A stretch of DNA of 64,000 nt from Scyliorhinus canicula (taxonomy: Eukaryota), in NCBI RefSeq assembly GCF_902713615.1, contig NC_052158.1:8111196-8175195 (forward strand), written 5' to 3'. Position numbers and translations under genes: made by a program. The notes beneath the pieces were generated by a model that was given only the letters and a program-made list of their open reading frames with translations, ran no database searches and had not been told where the DNA came from. Of the stretch, positions 1-12,118 are shown piece after piece; position 1 is the stretch's first letter, and every line of letters begins with the position of its first letter.

Positions 1-647
1 ACTGACTTGTGACACTAATAAAGATTATTATTATTCAGGTAGACACGAGGTTTGTTGGATGTAGCCTGTGCTTCTGATGAAAGGCAAGTTTTCCCTCATG
101 CAAGGATTCATTTTTTAAAATGTTATGCTTGATGTTGTTCAACAAATCACAATTCTATGTTGGATTATCAGATTGAATGAAAGAGTCATCGTCAAAAAAA
201 AAAAGAAAAAATTAATTTAGCTGATCACCAGTTCCCATGTGCTACAGCTGCAGCACATCATCGGCCCGACAATCTTTATTGTGTTATATTTAACCAGTGG
301 TCCAGGAGGGGCTAGAGAATGAGCCCAAGGAGGATCCGGAGGATGGAGGACAGGTGGGGGCAAGGGTCCGGCATGCGAGGAGGACTGGTGAGGCCCTAAT
401 CATCTCCAGATTCTCCGAGGATGAGGCTGTGTCCACCAGCTCAACACCCCCCCTCCCTATTTCCTCCCCCCGCATTTCACTTTCTCTCACTTCCCCTCCT
501 GCCACCCATTTACGTCCTCCCCCATTCCTCTCCCCCAGATCCTCCCTCCGACCCCCATTCCCCATCCCACATTCCTCCCCTTCCCTCCCATTCCCCACCC
601 ACAAATCATATCACCCCCTCCCTGACCACACTGTTCCCCCTCCAAGA

Positions 648-1618
648 GTCTGTGTACCATCCCTCCAGCAGGATGGGCCTGTGTTGGCCCTGTCAGCGGG
701 TCTGTACATCCCTCCAGCGGGATGGGCCTGTGTTGGCCCTGTCAGTGGGTCACCATCCCTCCAGCGGGATGGGCCTGTGTTGGCCCTGTCAGCGGGTCAC
801 CATCTCTCCAGCGGGATGAGCCTGTGTTGGTCCTGTCAGCGGGTCTGTACCATCCCTCCAGCGGGATGGGCCTGTGTTGGCCTTGTCGGTGGGTCACCAT
901 CCCTCCAGCTTTGTGGGCCTGTGTTGGCCCTGTCAGCGGGTCTGTACCATCCCTCCTGCGGGATGGGCCTGTGTTGGCCCTGTCAGTGGGTCACCATGAC
1001 TCTAGCGGGATGGGCCTGTGTTGGCACTGTCAGCAGGTCTGTACCATCCCTGCAGCGGGATGGGCCTGTGTTGGTCCTGTCAGCAGGTCTGTACCATCCC
1101 TGCAGTGGGATGGGCTTGTGTCGGCCCTGTCAGTGGGTCTGTACCATCCCTCCAGCGGGATGGGCCTGTGTTGGCCCTGTCAGCAGGTCTGTACCATCCC
1201 TCCAGCGGGATGGGCCTGTGTCGGCCCTGTCAGCGGGCCACCATCACTCCAGTGGGATGGGCCTGTGTCGGCCCTGTCAGTGGGTCTGTACCATCCCTCC
1301 AGCGGGATGGGCCTGTGTTGGCCCTGTCAGCGGGCCACCATCACTCCAGCGGGATGGGCCTGTGTTGGCCCTGTCAGTGGGTCTGTACCATCCCTCCTGC
1401 AGGATGGGCCTGTGTTGGCCCTGTTAGCGGGTCTGTACCATCCCTGCAGCGGGATGGGCCTGTGTCGGCCCTGTCAGTGGGTCTGTACCATCCCTCCAGC
1501 GGGATGGGCCTGTGTTGGCCCTGTCAGTGGGTCTGTACCATCCCTCCAGCGGGATGGGCCTGTGTTGGCCCTGTCAGCGGGCCACCATCACTCCAGCGGG
1601 ATGGGCCTGTGTTGACCC
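648..1618. repeat. GC-rich minisatellite, ~20 copies of 50-bp and 47-bp unit variants (CCATCCCTCCAGCGGGATGGGCCTGTGTTGGCCCTGTCAGCGGGTCTGTA)
   Basis: Unit starts read directly at 657, 753, 800, 850, 897, 947 and onward; spacing alternates 47/50. Confidence 0.95.
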
Positions 1619-2460
1619 TTTTAGTGCGTCACCATCCAAGGCAGGAGGGTGATGATCACTGGCTGTGAGGAAAGCTCTGGTGCTCCTCAGTTTCTGATAA
1701 AGTCTGACTCCTGTCTTCCTGCTGACTGCGCTCACACCCATCCTCTCAGCGGGGTCTGCATTGGGGGCGTTTGATCTTGGACGACTGTGCCTGGGGGGGC
1801 GGGGTGTGAGGAGCAGAGGGCAACAGAGGGTGGGGGTGCGGCCAGGCCCGCTGTGAAGACGAACATGACAGGGGGTCCACATGTATGATGTGTGACATGT
1901 TTTAATAGAGAATTTTTCACTGTGACAGATTTCCACTCCCCCGAGCTACCGATAGTGACCCCCCGACCCCTACACCCGTGGCCATTCATTGCTCCTCATT
2001 CTTGTTGATCTACCGTGAACTGGAGCTATGTCTAGGTGTGTCCCCAGGATGCACATCAGAGGTGGAGGTGGCCTGCTGCTTTCCTTGTCCTGTGGCCTTT
2101 GATGCTCTTGGCAGATATCCTCTGGAGGGCCTGGAGCCAGGGGTCCCTGGCCAACTTACCCTGGCATGGCCAATCCACCCTGTTCTGCCCACTGCTCTTG
2201 GGATGTACCGGTGTCAGGAGGGAGGTGGGGGGGGGGGGTGATCCGGCAGAAACGGACTCTGCCGTAGTCTTTTTGGTGCCAGGCCCCAGGTTGGCCTCCA
2301 GCCCTCCTCCCTGAGGGTCCCCGTCGGCCCCTAGGGGACTCTATGGAATGGAAGGGCAACTGGAGTGAGCTGCAGAGGGCTCTGAGTCATCTGGCACTTC
2401 CAGTCCTGAAGGCTCCCCATTACCTGCACCACGGTGTTGGGGCCCTGAGCGATGCTCCTC

Positions 2461-2833
2461 AGTGACTGGGCCGTGCTCTGCAGAGCCTCAGAAATGTCCA
2501 TCTGTCTGGGACACACCCCTTAGTGACTGGGCCGTGCCCTTCAGAGCCTCAGCAATGTCCATCTGTCTGGGACACACCCCTCAGTGACTGGGCCGTGCTC
2601 TGCAGAGCCTCAGCAATGTCCATCTGTCTGGGACACACCCCTCAGTGACTGGGCCGTGCTCTGCAGAGCCTCAGCAATGTCCATCTGTCTGGGACACACC
2701 CCTCAGTGACTGGGCTGTGCTCTGCAGAGCCTCAGCACTGGTCCGCAATCAGCTGGGACACACCCCTCAGTGACTGGGCCGTGCTCTGCAGAGCCTTAGC
2801 AATGTCGATCTGTCTGGGACACACCCCTCAGTG
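2461..2833. repeat. Tandem repeat, 6 copies of a 61-bp unit (one 64-bp variant)
   Basis: AGTGAC anchors at 2461, 2522, 2583, 2644, 2705, 2769, 2830. Confidence 0.95.
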
Positions 2834-3056
2834 ACCCCTCAGTAATGTTGAGAATCTCGTGAGGGCTCATTTTTGGCACAAAATGCGGTTCAATACTGGC
2901 CACAATCTCGCCAACGCAGCCATCGCAAAACTCCTCGGCAAACACTCCCAAAACAGACTTTGAGTTTGCTGAGTCGTGCCCTTAGAATCGAACAAAATAA
3001 ACCAATTCTTCACACAGTGTTGTGAGGCTGTGAGATTGTGAGGCAGGGTCAGTGAT

Positions 3057-3300
3057 TGAGATACCCGCAATTACGACACAGGAGAGAAGATTGGTTATTT
3101 AAAGGCTTTAATCCTCAGAGAACTGAACAGCAGCCGAGAAGTGTGCTCACCACATGCTGCCGAGTGAGACTCACCTTATATACCGTTTCCTGGGGGCGGA
3201 GCCAGAGGCCGAGTCCCCCAGGGTTCCAAACCCAGTCTTAAAGGGCCAATGTATTAAAGGTAAGGTACCGTTACAGCAGCTACTGATACCATTCATTACA
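3057..3300 (-). mobile_element. Solo LTR (244 bp), TG...CA ends, 5-bp TSD GTGAT
   Basis: GTGAT at 3052-3056 and 3301-3305. Minus-strand ATTAAA and TATA-like motif. GC box GGGGCGGAGC at 3193-3202. Confidence 0.75.
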
Positions 3301-3572
3301 GTGATTGAGGGAGAATGTTCTGGAATTCTGGACAAGTGGTTCTCAGCCTCTTACCCAATCCAGATCTCACTGCAGTCAAAGTGTGGCATTCAAATAAACC
3401 CGAAAATAATGATGGTGCCCCCGTGAAATATATTCAACAATATTCACTTTCTGAATGAAATCCTTGTTTTGAGGCCACACATTGTGAATGGGGATTATTA
3501 TTAAATAGTGATCGATGTGCGATTACAGACTGGGTCCAAACCAGGAAATGTTTCTCAATTCAGGAAGTCAGT

Positions 3573-3585
3573 GAAAACCGAAAGT
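3573..3585 (+). promoter_or_regulatory. IRF-binding element (IRF-E/ISRE) with adjacent Ets core GGAAGT (3563-3568); probable BTN-like promoter
   Basis: GAAAACCGAAAGT is an exact match to the IRF-E consensus G(A)AAASYGAAASY. It lies ~100 nt upstream of a consensus donor AG|GTGAGT. Confidence 0.6.
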
Positions 3586-3589
3586 AAAA

Positions 3590-3689
3590 GTTTGCAGCGA
3601 GGGACGAGCTGTTGTTGGGAACATTTTTACTCTTCACAGATGTTGGAAAAAGGCAGAAAATCTTGGATCAGGTTGTGGGAAAGTCAGAG
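3590..3689 (+). other. Inferred non-coding exon 1 of BTN-like gene (5' end uncertain)
   Basis: Consensus donor CAGAG|GTGAGT at 3690; matching acceptor TATCAG| at 4608 precedes the signal-peptide exon. Confidence 0.5.
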
Positions 3690-4637
3690 GTGAGTCCCAA
3701 ATCTTCTTTATTTTGGGGAGGGTTTATTTCCTGTGGGATTGGGTATTTTTTATTCAGGCTGAAAGGTGCCGATCAAATGGAAGGAATTGAACTGGGAGCG
3801 GCTGGAGATTGTCCAGGGAGAAGTGAGAAACTTTCTAAAATGTCTGTAATCCTGAAGGGAGAGTGGAACTGGGTCCTATCAGGATAAGGGAATGGGAGCC
3901 AGAGGAGATTTCAAAGCTGAAACCGTCAGAGTCAAACACAGCGACCAGAAAGAGAGACGGAAATAAAAAGGAGGAACAGAGTCTTGTGGCAGCCATTACA
4001 TTAAACTTTACACATTTATATTCCTAATAATATAACCCTGTCGGTAGTTGTGACGCCTCCTTTCTGGAAACAGATCTTTAATTTCAGAGTTTCTCTTGTG
4101 TTAAAAGCTCCGATTCCATTCTGTCCCATCGCCGATGTTTCACCATCGAGAGCGGTGACTTCAGCTGCCGACACCCTGAACACCCCCCCCCCAAATCACC
4201 CCCCAACCCCCCCCATCATCCCCAACCTCCCCCCCCCAACCCCCCCACACCCTGACCCCCCCCCCCCAGCACTGAACCCCCCCAACCCCCACACCCTGAA
4301 CACCCCCCAACACTGAACACCCCCACCCTGCACCCTCCCCGCCTCACCTTCGACATGGTTCTGTAAACCTCTCACTTTGAACAAATGGCCCTGCTTTTAA
4401 GAAAATATATTTCCCTTTTTTGCGACTAAGTCAGTGTAAAAATAATTCTTTGGGTCAGGAATAAGCTGAATTCTATTAAACTGCAAAGTGGAATATGTTC
4501 ACAGGGTTTAAGATTCAAAGCCTGTTTAATATTGATATGTGAATACTACATACAGAAGAGAAGATTTCTAATACCTAATGAGAGCTGTGTTGATTTTCTA
4601 TGTATCAGACATGGTTATTCTGCTAAGATCTCACAAG

Positions 4638-4695
4638 ATGGAAGGAACTGATCTTATCGTGCTTTTACTGTTTGTGATTCCGTTCTCTATATATG
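4638..4695 (+). CDS. Butyrophilin-like gene, signal peptide exon: MEGTDLIVLLLFVIPFSIY(G); an in-frame upstream ATG at 4611 is also possible
   Basis: Hydrophobic leader, phase-1 donor G|GTAAG at 4696; joins in frame to the IgV exon. Confidence 0.8.
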
Positions 4696-6338
4696 GTAAG
4701 AAATATTAACATTTCATTACATTTATAGATAACGTAGAACACAAAATTCTGATATGAGGGTGCAACTGTGTCTCATGAAATAAACATAGGTCATTTCAGA
4801 ATTTGAATGTTTCTTGGTCAGTTGACTTGAACATAGAACATACAGCCCATTGAGTCTGCACCGACCCACTTAAGCCGTCACTTCAACTCCCCTTACCCCA
4901 ATAACCCCTCCCAACTTTTTTTTGGTTTGGACAAACACTTAACATTTTCAGACAAGAGTTTGAAAAGACAGTTCTGCTCACTCCTGACCAGGCAGTGTTT
5001 ATACAGGGCAGGGACTCCGTCTCTAATTTAAGGTGTTTTTCAATATATGTACACATTCAACAACTTATTTTCCTGGGGTTCTTCTAACTATGGATACAGC
5101 TTTTGGTGGAGTTAATGGAATTTCTTTTCTTCAAACGTTTGGATTTGGACCCATTTTCTGGACCCGTGGTTACTTCAGTATGTACAAATAATATCCACTC
5201 TTTGACTTTCATTGAAGTACCAGACAGGGTTGTCCCCTTTCACTACTTTTCACTATTGCTATTGAGCTCCTGGCAATTTCACTGTGGACCTGTGGAGATA
5301 TACAGGGTGTTATATGAGATAGGCTCCCTATATGTTGATTGTCTACTTTACATCTCTGATTTGGCCTCATCTCTCCCACATACTTCCTCTCTTCTTGAGT
5401 GATTGGTCATATTTCAGGCCTTAAAATTAATTTGTGGAAGAGTGATTTTGATTCCCTATTATGTCTATTGCCAAGAACCTCCTTCCTCTTCGAGGTCTCA
5501 ATAAACAGTTTTAAATATTTAGGAATTTAATTACTCAACTCCTTAGTGACATTTTTAAGCTCAACTTTAATCCTTTGTTGCAACGTAAGAAGCAGGACCT
5601 CATACCTCTAATTTACCCTTTTCTTTAGTTGGTTGTATAAATTCCATAAAGGTGAATATTTTGCTAAAGTACGTACTCTAATTTCAGTTCATTCAGTTGT
5701 TTATCCCCAAGCATTTTTTTTCTTTATTTGGTGTATGAAAACATCCAGAAATCTTAAAGTTTTTCGAGAAAGGATTTTCTCGAAGAATTAGAACATAAGA
5801 ATTAGAAGCAGAAGTAGGCCACCAGGCCTGGTACTGCCAAATGTTCAGTTTTGGTATTGGTCTGCTAATATCTGAAATATTTATGTTGACTTCCTTCAGG
5901 TTCAGCTAGTTTAGTGTGGGTGCAATTGGAGATAGCCTCTGTCAATGCACATCTCTCTGCCTGTACTCCTCCATTCATTTCACAACCAGTTAAGTTTTTT
6001 CAAACCTTGCTGTCAGACAGTCAGGTAAGGTTTGGGACACACTTTGTTCAGAACACACTTTGGGCTACAATCCCTTTCTTTCTTCAAACCTGCTGTTGCA
6101 AATTATTTATTTCTGCTGTCTTAGACGATTCCATCTTTCACATCTGACAGACAAAAGGCATCAAAACCCTTGTTATTTTATATATTAATAATGTTTTTGT
6201 TTCTTTTGACTCTCTCTCAGAAGTATGATCTGCTCTGCACACACTTCTTTCAATTACTTACAAATCAGAGATTTTGTGTGCAAATAATTGCTCAGTTTTC
6301 TTCATTGCCCCCTAAATCACCGATTGATATTATATTAA

Positions 6339-6530
6339 GGAGCTGGTTTAGCACACTGGGCTAAATCACTGGCTTTTAAAGCAGACCAAGGCAGGCCAGC
6401 AGCACGGTTCAATTCCCGTACCAGCCTCCCCGAACAGGTGCTGGAATGTGGCGACTAGGTGCTTTTCACAGTAACTTTATTGAAGCCTACTCGTGACAAT
6501 AAGTGATTTTTATTTCCATTTTCATTTCAT
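6339..6530 (+). mobile_element. tRNA-derived SINE (family with (TTTCA)n tail)
   Basis: GCTGGTTTAGCACA A-box and GGTTCAATTCCC B-box; same family at 11929, 29866 and 30058. Confidence 0.85.
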
Positions 6531-6583
6531 ATTAGAACTAAATGCATGTTGCTCGGGGGTTCATTTCCAAATTATATTCTCTA

Positions 6584-6774
6584 GGCCGGAATTCTCCAGC
6601 CGGTGGGAATTCTCTTTTCACGCTGGCAGTGCACCCCTCCCTGCGGGTTTCCTGGCGATATGGGGTGATTTCAATTGGAAATCCCATTGACAAGCAGCCA
6701 GGCTGGAGAAATCACACTGCCAGCGAAGGGCACGCCATCAAGAAACACGCAGCTGGGGACCGCAAAATCCAGCC
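6584..6774. mobile_element. Short Harbinger-type MITE
   Basis: GGCCGGAATTCT...AAAATCCAGCC inverted ends, 3-bp flanking duplication; a related copy sits at 29428-29615. Confidence 0.65.
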
Positions 6775-6949
6775 TCTAAACTTTTCACTGCTTTGCCCAT
6801 CGGTTTCTACCTTAAAATCTCTTTGGGAGCAAGATCTTGATTCAGACTTATCAGCTGATAACTGGAAGTCTATTCACTCTCGTGTACACTTACCATCTTT
6901 ATGTAGAAGACATGTTGCTATTATTTAAAATCTTACATCATATCCTTTT

Positions 6950-8455
6950 TTATATTCATGTATTGGATGTGGCTGACGCTGGTTAGGCCAACATTCATTG
7001 CTCATCCCTAGTTGACCGTCAGAAGGTGGTGGTGAGTTGCCTTCTTGAACCACTGCAGTCCCTGGTATAGGTACACCCACCGTGCTGTAAGGGAATTCCA
7101 AGATTTTGCCTCAGCGACAGTGAAGTAATGGCGATATATTTCCAAGTCAGGATGGGGAGTGACTTGGAGGGGAACCTCCAAGTGGTGGGGTTCCTAGGTA
7201 TCTGGTGCTCTTGTCCTTCTAGATGGTAGTGGTCGTGGGTTTGGAAGGTGTTGTCTAAGGAACCTTGGCGAGTTACTGCAGTGCATCTTGTCAGTGGTAC
7301 ACATGGCTGCCACTGTTTGTTGGTGGTGGAGGATTTGAATGTTTGTGGAAGGGGGAGCAATCAAACGTGCAGCTTTGTCCTGGATGGTGTTGAGCTTCAT
7401 GAGTGTTGTTGGAGTTGCACTCATCCAGGCAAGTGGGGAGTATTCCATTACACTCCTGAGTTGTGCCTTGTAGATGGTGGACATGCTTTGGGGTGTCAGG
7501 AGGTGAGTTACTCGCCATAGGATTCCTGGCCTTTCACCAGCCCTGGTAGCCGCAGTATTAATATGGCTCGTCCAATTCAGTTTCTGATCAATTGTAACCC
7601 CCAGGATGTTGATTGTGGGGGATTCAGAGATGGTGATGCCATTGAGTGTCAAGAGATAGTTAGATCCGCTCTTGTAGGAGATGGTCATTGCCTGGCACGT
7701 GTGTGGCACGAATGCAACTTGCCACTTATCAGCCCAAGCTTGGATATTGTCCAGGTCTTTCTGCATTTGGACATGGACTGCTTCATTACCTGAGGAGTCG
7801 CAAATGGAGCTGAACATTGTGCAGTCATCTGTGAACATCTCCACTTCTGACCTATGATGGAAGTGAGGTCATTGATGAAGCAGCTGAAGCTGCGGAACTC
7901 CTGCAGTGATATCCTGATGCTGAGATGAATGGCCTCCCACCACCACAACCACCTTCCTTTGTGCCAGTATGACTCTAACTAGTGGAGAGTTTTCCCCCTG
8001 ATTCCCATTGACTCCAGTTTGGCTAGGGCTCCTTGATGTCACACTCAGTCAAATGCTGCCTTGATGTCAAGGGCAGTCACTCTCACCTCACCTCTGGCAT
8101 TCAGCTCTTTTGTCCATGATTCAACCAAGGCTGTAATGAGGTCAGGAGCTGAGTCGCCCTGGCGTAACCTAAACTGAGCGTCCGTGAGCAGGTTATTGCT
8201 GAGTAAGTGCCAATTGATAGCACTGTTGGTGATTCCTTCCATAACATTTAAAAAAATTATTCTTTCATGGGATGTGGGCATCCCTGGCTGGGCCGGCATT
8301 TATTGCCCATTCCTGAGGTGGATGCCAGTGTTTTAGCTGTATTGGAACAGCTTGGTTAAGGGTGTAGCAGGTTCTGGAGCATGAGTCTTCAGTACTATTG
8401 CCAGAATATTGTCAGGGCCCATAGCCGTTGCAGGGTCCAGTGCTTTCACCCATTT
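6950..8455 (-). mobile_element. CR1/L2-group LINE, 3' half of ORF2 (RT) and 3' end
   Basis: ORFs 8045-8299 (ALDIKAAFD) and 7194-7844 (MFTDDCTMF...LGVTIDQKLNW) are RT and post-RT motifs. Confidence 0.9.
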
Positions 8456-8494
8456 CCATCCACCCAAAGTTAAATTATCATAAGATTTATCAAA

Positions 8495-9778
8495 ATGTTG
8501 TGATAAATGCCATACTGTCCTAGCACCTTGTAAGGATTCTCATGTTTATACCCTGTTTTCCTTGTTTATTCCCTTCATTTTCTTTTGATTTGGCTTTCAT
8601 AATTTTTGGACCTGGATAATTAATAGCACCTACCTTTAAGATGGTCTTAATCTTCAACTTGAAAGAAAGGAATCCAACCGGATGTGTTGGCATCAATGAT
8701 GACTCATCTTGGTGGACTTGGTTGTTAGACAATGAGCTGTTTACTTTCCTGGGCTTTTAGCTAATAGTCGATGCTGATGGGTGTCAACCATTCTGGAATG
8801 TTCTGCCAAAGACAGGAAGGCTGTACCTAGTTTCGGTATGAACTCAGAGCTGATGAAAGCAATTTGGAATTTTCTCTCTCTCCCTAAAAATGGTAGACCT
8901 TTCTCAAATACCTCCAGGTAAACGGAGCAGCCAGCTATTCCTCTCTATCAAGCCTGTGAGTGTTTAATGCCAGAAGACAGAGCTGGAGGGAACTTTGTGG
9001 TTTCTGTCCTTTCTCTGCAAGTTTACCAGACCTCTCTAAGATCTCGTGGAAGCAACTTCTCTGATACTCTGTTTATCTCAGACAAGCTGTTGGATGTTCT
9101 GGCGGAGTTGGAGATGAATAAGAATGAAACAAACTTGAGGCTGTTCTTTGTGGTTAATAAGAGCTAAAATGACTCCCCAGATGGAATCCCACAGTCTGGG
9201 GAGTCAGGCTGAATGTTCCAGCCAGAAGATCCTCATTCGTCTTTCATCCGGTGGTTCTGAATCACTCCGCAACGGGGAAGGACAGTCAGCTAAAAAGGCA
9301 ACTTCAACATCCGAAGCAAGGGCATTAACCTTCCATTAATACTCCTTTATTTTCCGCGTTCATCTCCCTCTGCTTGTGTATGTCTTGTGTGTGTTTAGGA
9401 AGAGGGTGGGCACTAAAAGTTGGGGAGTAACTGACCATTATTCGAGCATAATTATTATTTTTTTTTTATAAATTTAGATTACCCAATTATTTTTTCCAAT
9501 TAAGGGGCAATTTAGCGTGGCCAATCCACCTACTCTGCACATTTTTGGGTTGTGGGGGCGAAACCCACGCAGACACGGGGAGAATATGCAAACTCCACAC
9601 GGACAGTGACCCAGAGCCGGGATCGAACCTGGGACCTCAGCGCCGTGAGGCGGTTGTGCTAACCACTAGGCCACCGTGCTGCCCATTCGAGCATAATTAT
9701 TGATTAATTGACTTGTGTTGGACTCTGGGGCCTGAGCGGGTCGGAATTGACTGCGCACTCGCCCAAGATGTTGTAACA
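8495..9778. mobile_element. LTR-like element (~1.05 kb without the nested SINE); boundaries approximate
   Basis: Ends in TGTAACA; composition resembles shark LTRs; no clean TSD found. Confidence 0.4.
9457..9684 (-). mobile_element. Intact young tRNA-derived SINE with 17-bp TSD
   Basis: ATTCGAGCATAATTATT at 9440-9456 and 9685-9701; A-rich tail; A/B boxes on the minus strand. Confidence 0.95.
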
Positions 9779-9976
9779 CTCTCCAATTCATATGTACCGG
9801 TTGTGTACTAAATTGGCTTTGTTACGGACAAAACATTTTGCATCATTCATATTTTTAGTGGTAACATTGAATCTTCTTCAACTGCCACACTCTTTGGAAT
9901 GGAAGCAAATGGCTCGCTCTTACAAAAATTCAGACTGAGACATTCACCTTCTCAACACTGTTGGCCAAACGCATTG

Positions 9977-10600
9977 GGCACAATTGAACCAAATGGGAAC
10001 TATGTCCCAAAGCGAGCGCGTTTAGCCGCGTATTTCACTGTAGGGCTATCTAGCACGATTCCGGTTGTATACGGGGCCTCAGTGGGAAACACGTGGCCAA
10101 GGCCGCACTTAATCCCATTTCCTGTACTGTGGAGCTCCGTTCGCTGAAACCCCTAGGTGCAGGGAGAGATTAGGACTCCCTTTTGAAATGACATCCCAAT
10201 CTCTCGACATTGGACACGGCCTCTGAAACCCCCAAAATTCCCAACTCACCTGTAAAGGGTGGGGCCTTTCCCCCACCTCCCACCGCACCCCACCCAACAT
10301 TCACAGTGAACCCCCGGGCCCAAATACCACCCAAAAAATGCCAACTTGGCACGGCCAGCCTGGCACCCTGATAATGCCCTGCCAGCTGACAGTGTCACCT
10401 GGGAACCTTAGCTATCAGGCTGATGGTGCCAGGATACCACTCTGCCCACAGTGGATGCACCTGGGAGCTTCTGATCCCCTGGAAGACCCCCACAAGTGCC
10501 ATTCCGCCTGGTCTCCATTTGTGGGGACCAGCACTGAACGGCGTTCGCCGAGGTCTCCAAAGGGGAGGGGCTAGATCCCAATGCCTGGTTTACCTCAGGG
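9977..10600. mobile_element. Non-autonomous DNA transposon (Harbinger-type) remnant
   Basis: Begins GGGCACAATTGAAC; GC-rich interior similar to other MITEs in the window. Confidence 0.4.
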
Positions 10601-10639
10601 AACTTTGCATCAGTCTTCACAATAGAAGACACCAGTGGG

Positions 10640-10790
10640 ATACCAGAATTTCAGCAGAAGCAGGGGCCGAGGTGAGAACAGTGGCCATCACTAAGGAGAA
10701 GATTCTGGAAAAACTGAAAGGTCTGAAGGTGGATAAATCGCCTGGACCAAATGGACTACACCCCAGGGTAGCCTGTCTTCAGTCATTAGT
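10640..10790 (+). mobile_element. CR1 LINE ORF2 fragment
   Basis: ITKEKILEKLKGLKVDKSPGPNGLHPRV motif. Confidence 0.85.
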
Positions 10791-11928
10791 AAGTGGTGTG
10801 CCTCACGGGTCAAAATGATACCATGAAACAACAATAGGCCTGCACCAATTGTCTACAACACCGAGTACTGCCATCCTACATCACTGCCACTGGCTTAAGA
10901 GAAAACCAATGCAAGGTGAGGGACATACCAGAAGCAACACCTCTGGGAGTCTCTGCAAAAAGAAAAATGGTGAAATGAAAGAACAAGATCTATCAAAACT
11001 AATCATTTGGATACTCGGGCTACTGCCCAAAATATTACAATTAGATGAGAGCCAGCCGACTAAACCACAGGGGAAGAAAAAGGATATCTATTGGGCACAA
11101 TTCTCGTTCCATCCTAGAATCACCACCCACCCAGGTGCAGATTCAGCCACACTTGGCTTGCCAGTTGTCATCCCAAAATGCAATCCCTTAAATCGACCAC
11201 TGTCGCGGGCCTGGCCTAGCTCAACACTGCCATAGTGAAAAGAGAACGCGATTATAAGGACTTCCACACCCCCACCGAACCCTATGTCCATCTGAGGATG
11301 CACCAACACAGTCCCACACAGGACAAAGCACGCCTCCCACCCTCACAACAAGGAAGGATATGCAATTGGGTCCCAGTCAAGGCGAAACCCAGTTCTGAGG
11401 AAGACAAACAGTCAAGATGCCCTTGTGAGAGGAGTCTCGACCCCCCCCCCCCCCCCTTCCTCTCGATACCCGGGTTCGCCAGCAACCCACCAGGCTGTGC
11501 CCCAGTCAAAACCAACACCACATATCGAAATAAGAGAAGAGAACAAAATAGAACCCTGCCGGAGAGTGGGCGCCAAACTAGACCACGGCCTGTGGTATCA
11601 TATACAGGATACATGGCCACCATCGGCCTTAGCAGAACTCCGACAGCAGAGAAAACAGAGAAAAGACTGACTTGACCCAGAGTGGAAATAACTCTGTCCT
11701 CATCAGGATAGCACGTAGTCCACCGAGATCCAAAAGGGAAGAAGCACTGAAGCAAAATTAGAAGAAATAAATATATGAAAAAACCCAAAGCAATAAGCTC
11801 TAACTGTGAGCTCTTCCTCGAACATAGCGAGGAAAAACCAAAACTGCCCAACCCAATAGCAGCACTTCCCTCACTGCTCGTGATAAACGGGACAGAGGGG
11901 AGACAACAAAAAGCATCCCCCTTCCTCC

Positions 11929-12118
11929 AGCTGGTTTAGCACACTGGGCTAAATCGCTGGCTTTGAAAGCAGACCAAGGCAGGCCAGCAGCACGGTTCAA
12001 TTCCCAATCCAGCCTCCCCAAACAGGTGCCGGAATGTGGCGACTAGGGGCATTTCACAGTAACTTAATTGAAGCCTACTCGTGACAATAAGCGATTTTCA
12101 TTTCATTTTCATTTTTTC
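11929..12118 (+). mobile_element. tRNA-derived SINE ((TTTCA)n tail family)
   Basis: Near-identical to 6339-6530. Confidence 0.85.

Larger units (their letters stand above)
296..2981. mobile_element. Degraded PIF/Harbinger transposon: transposase C-terminal remnant (+, ~296-430) convergent with a remnant of the partner (Myb/SANT-type) ORF (-, ~1620-2860); right terminus ...GAGTCGTGCCC at 2981
   Basis: Acidic stretch followed by ARRTGEALIISRF resembles Harbinger transposase C-termini. Minus-strand MDIxEALQSTAQSLRSIAQG coiled-coil is also seen in the element at 51022-52690. Ends in GCCC like the other Harbinger-type termini here. Confidence 0.55.
5030..6950 (+). mobile_element. Old, highly degraded L1-clade ORF2 remnant, interrupted by a SINE and a MITE
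   Basis: QGCPL-type RT motif near 5226; WEQDL...WKSIH C-terminal L1 segment at ~6820-6930. Confidence 0.6.

Noticed and set aside
648-1618. CRISPR-like appearance of regular repeats (also 2461-2833 and 57875 onward)
   Set aside because: Units are contiguous with no unique spacers, there are no cas genes, and the context is eukaryotic.
297-1668. 200-376 aa Cys/Trp-rich ORFs
   Set aside because: Translations of the 47/50-bp minisatellite; overlapping in all three frames.
9600-9684. tRNA-like A/B boxes here and at 6339, 11929, 15620, 31560, 35860, 46200
   Set aside because: They are SINE heads with SINE bodies, tails and TSDs, not tRNA genes.
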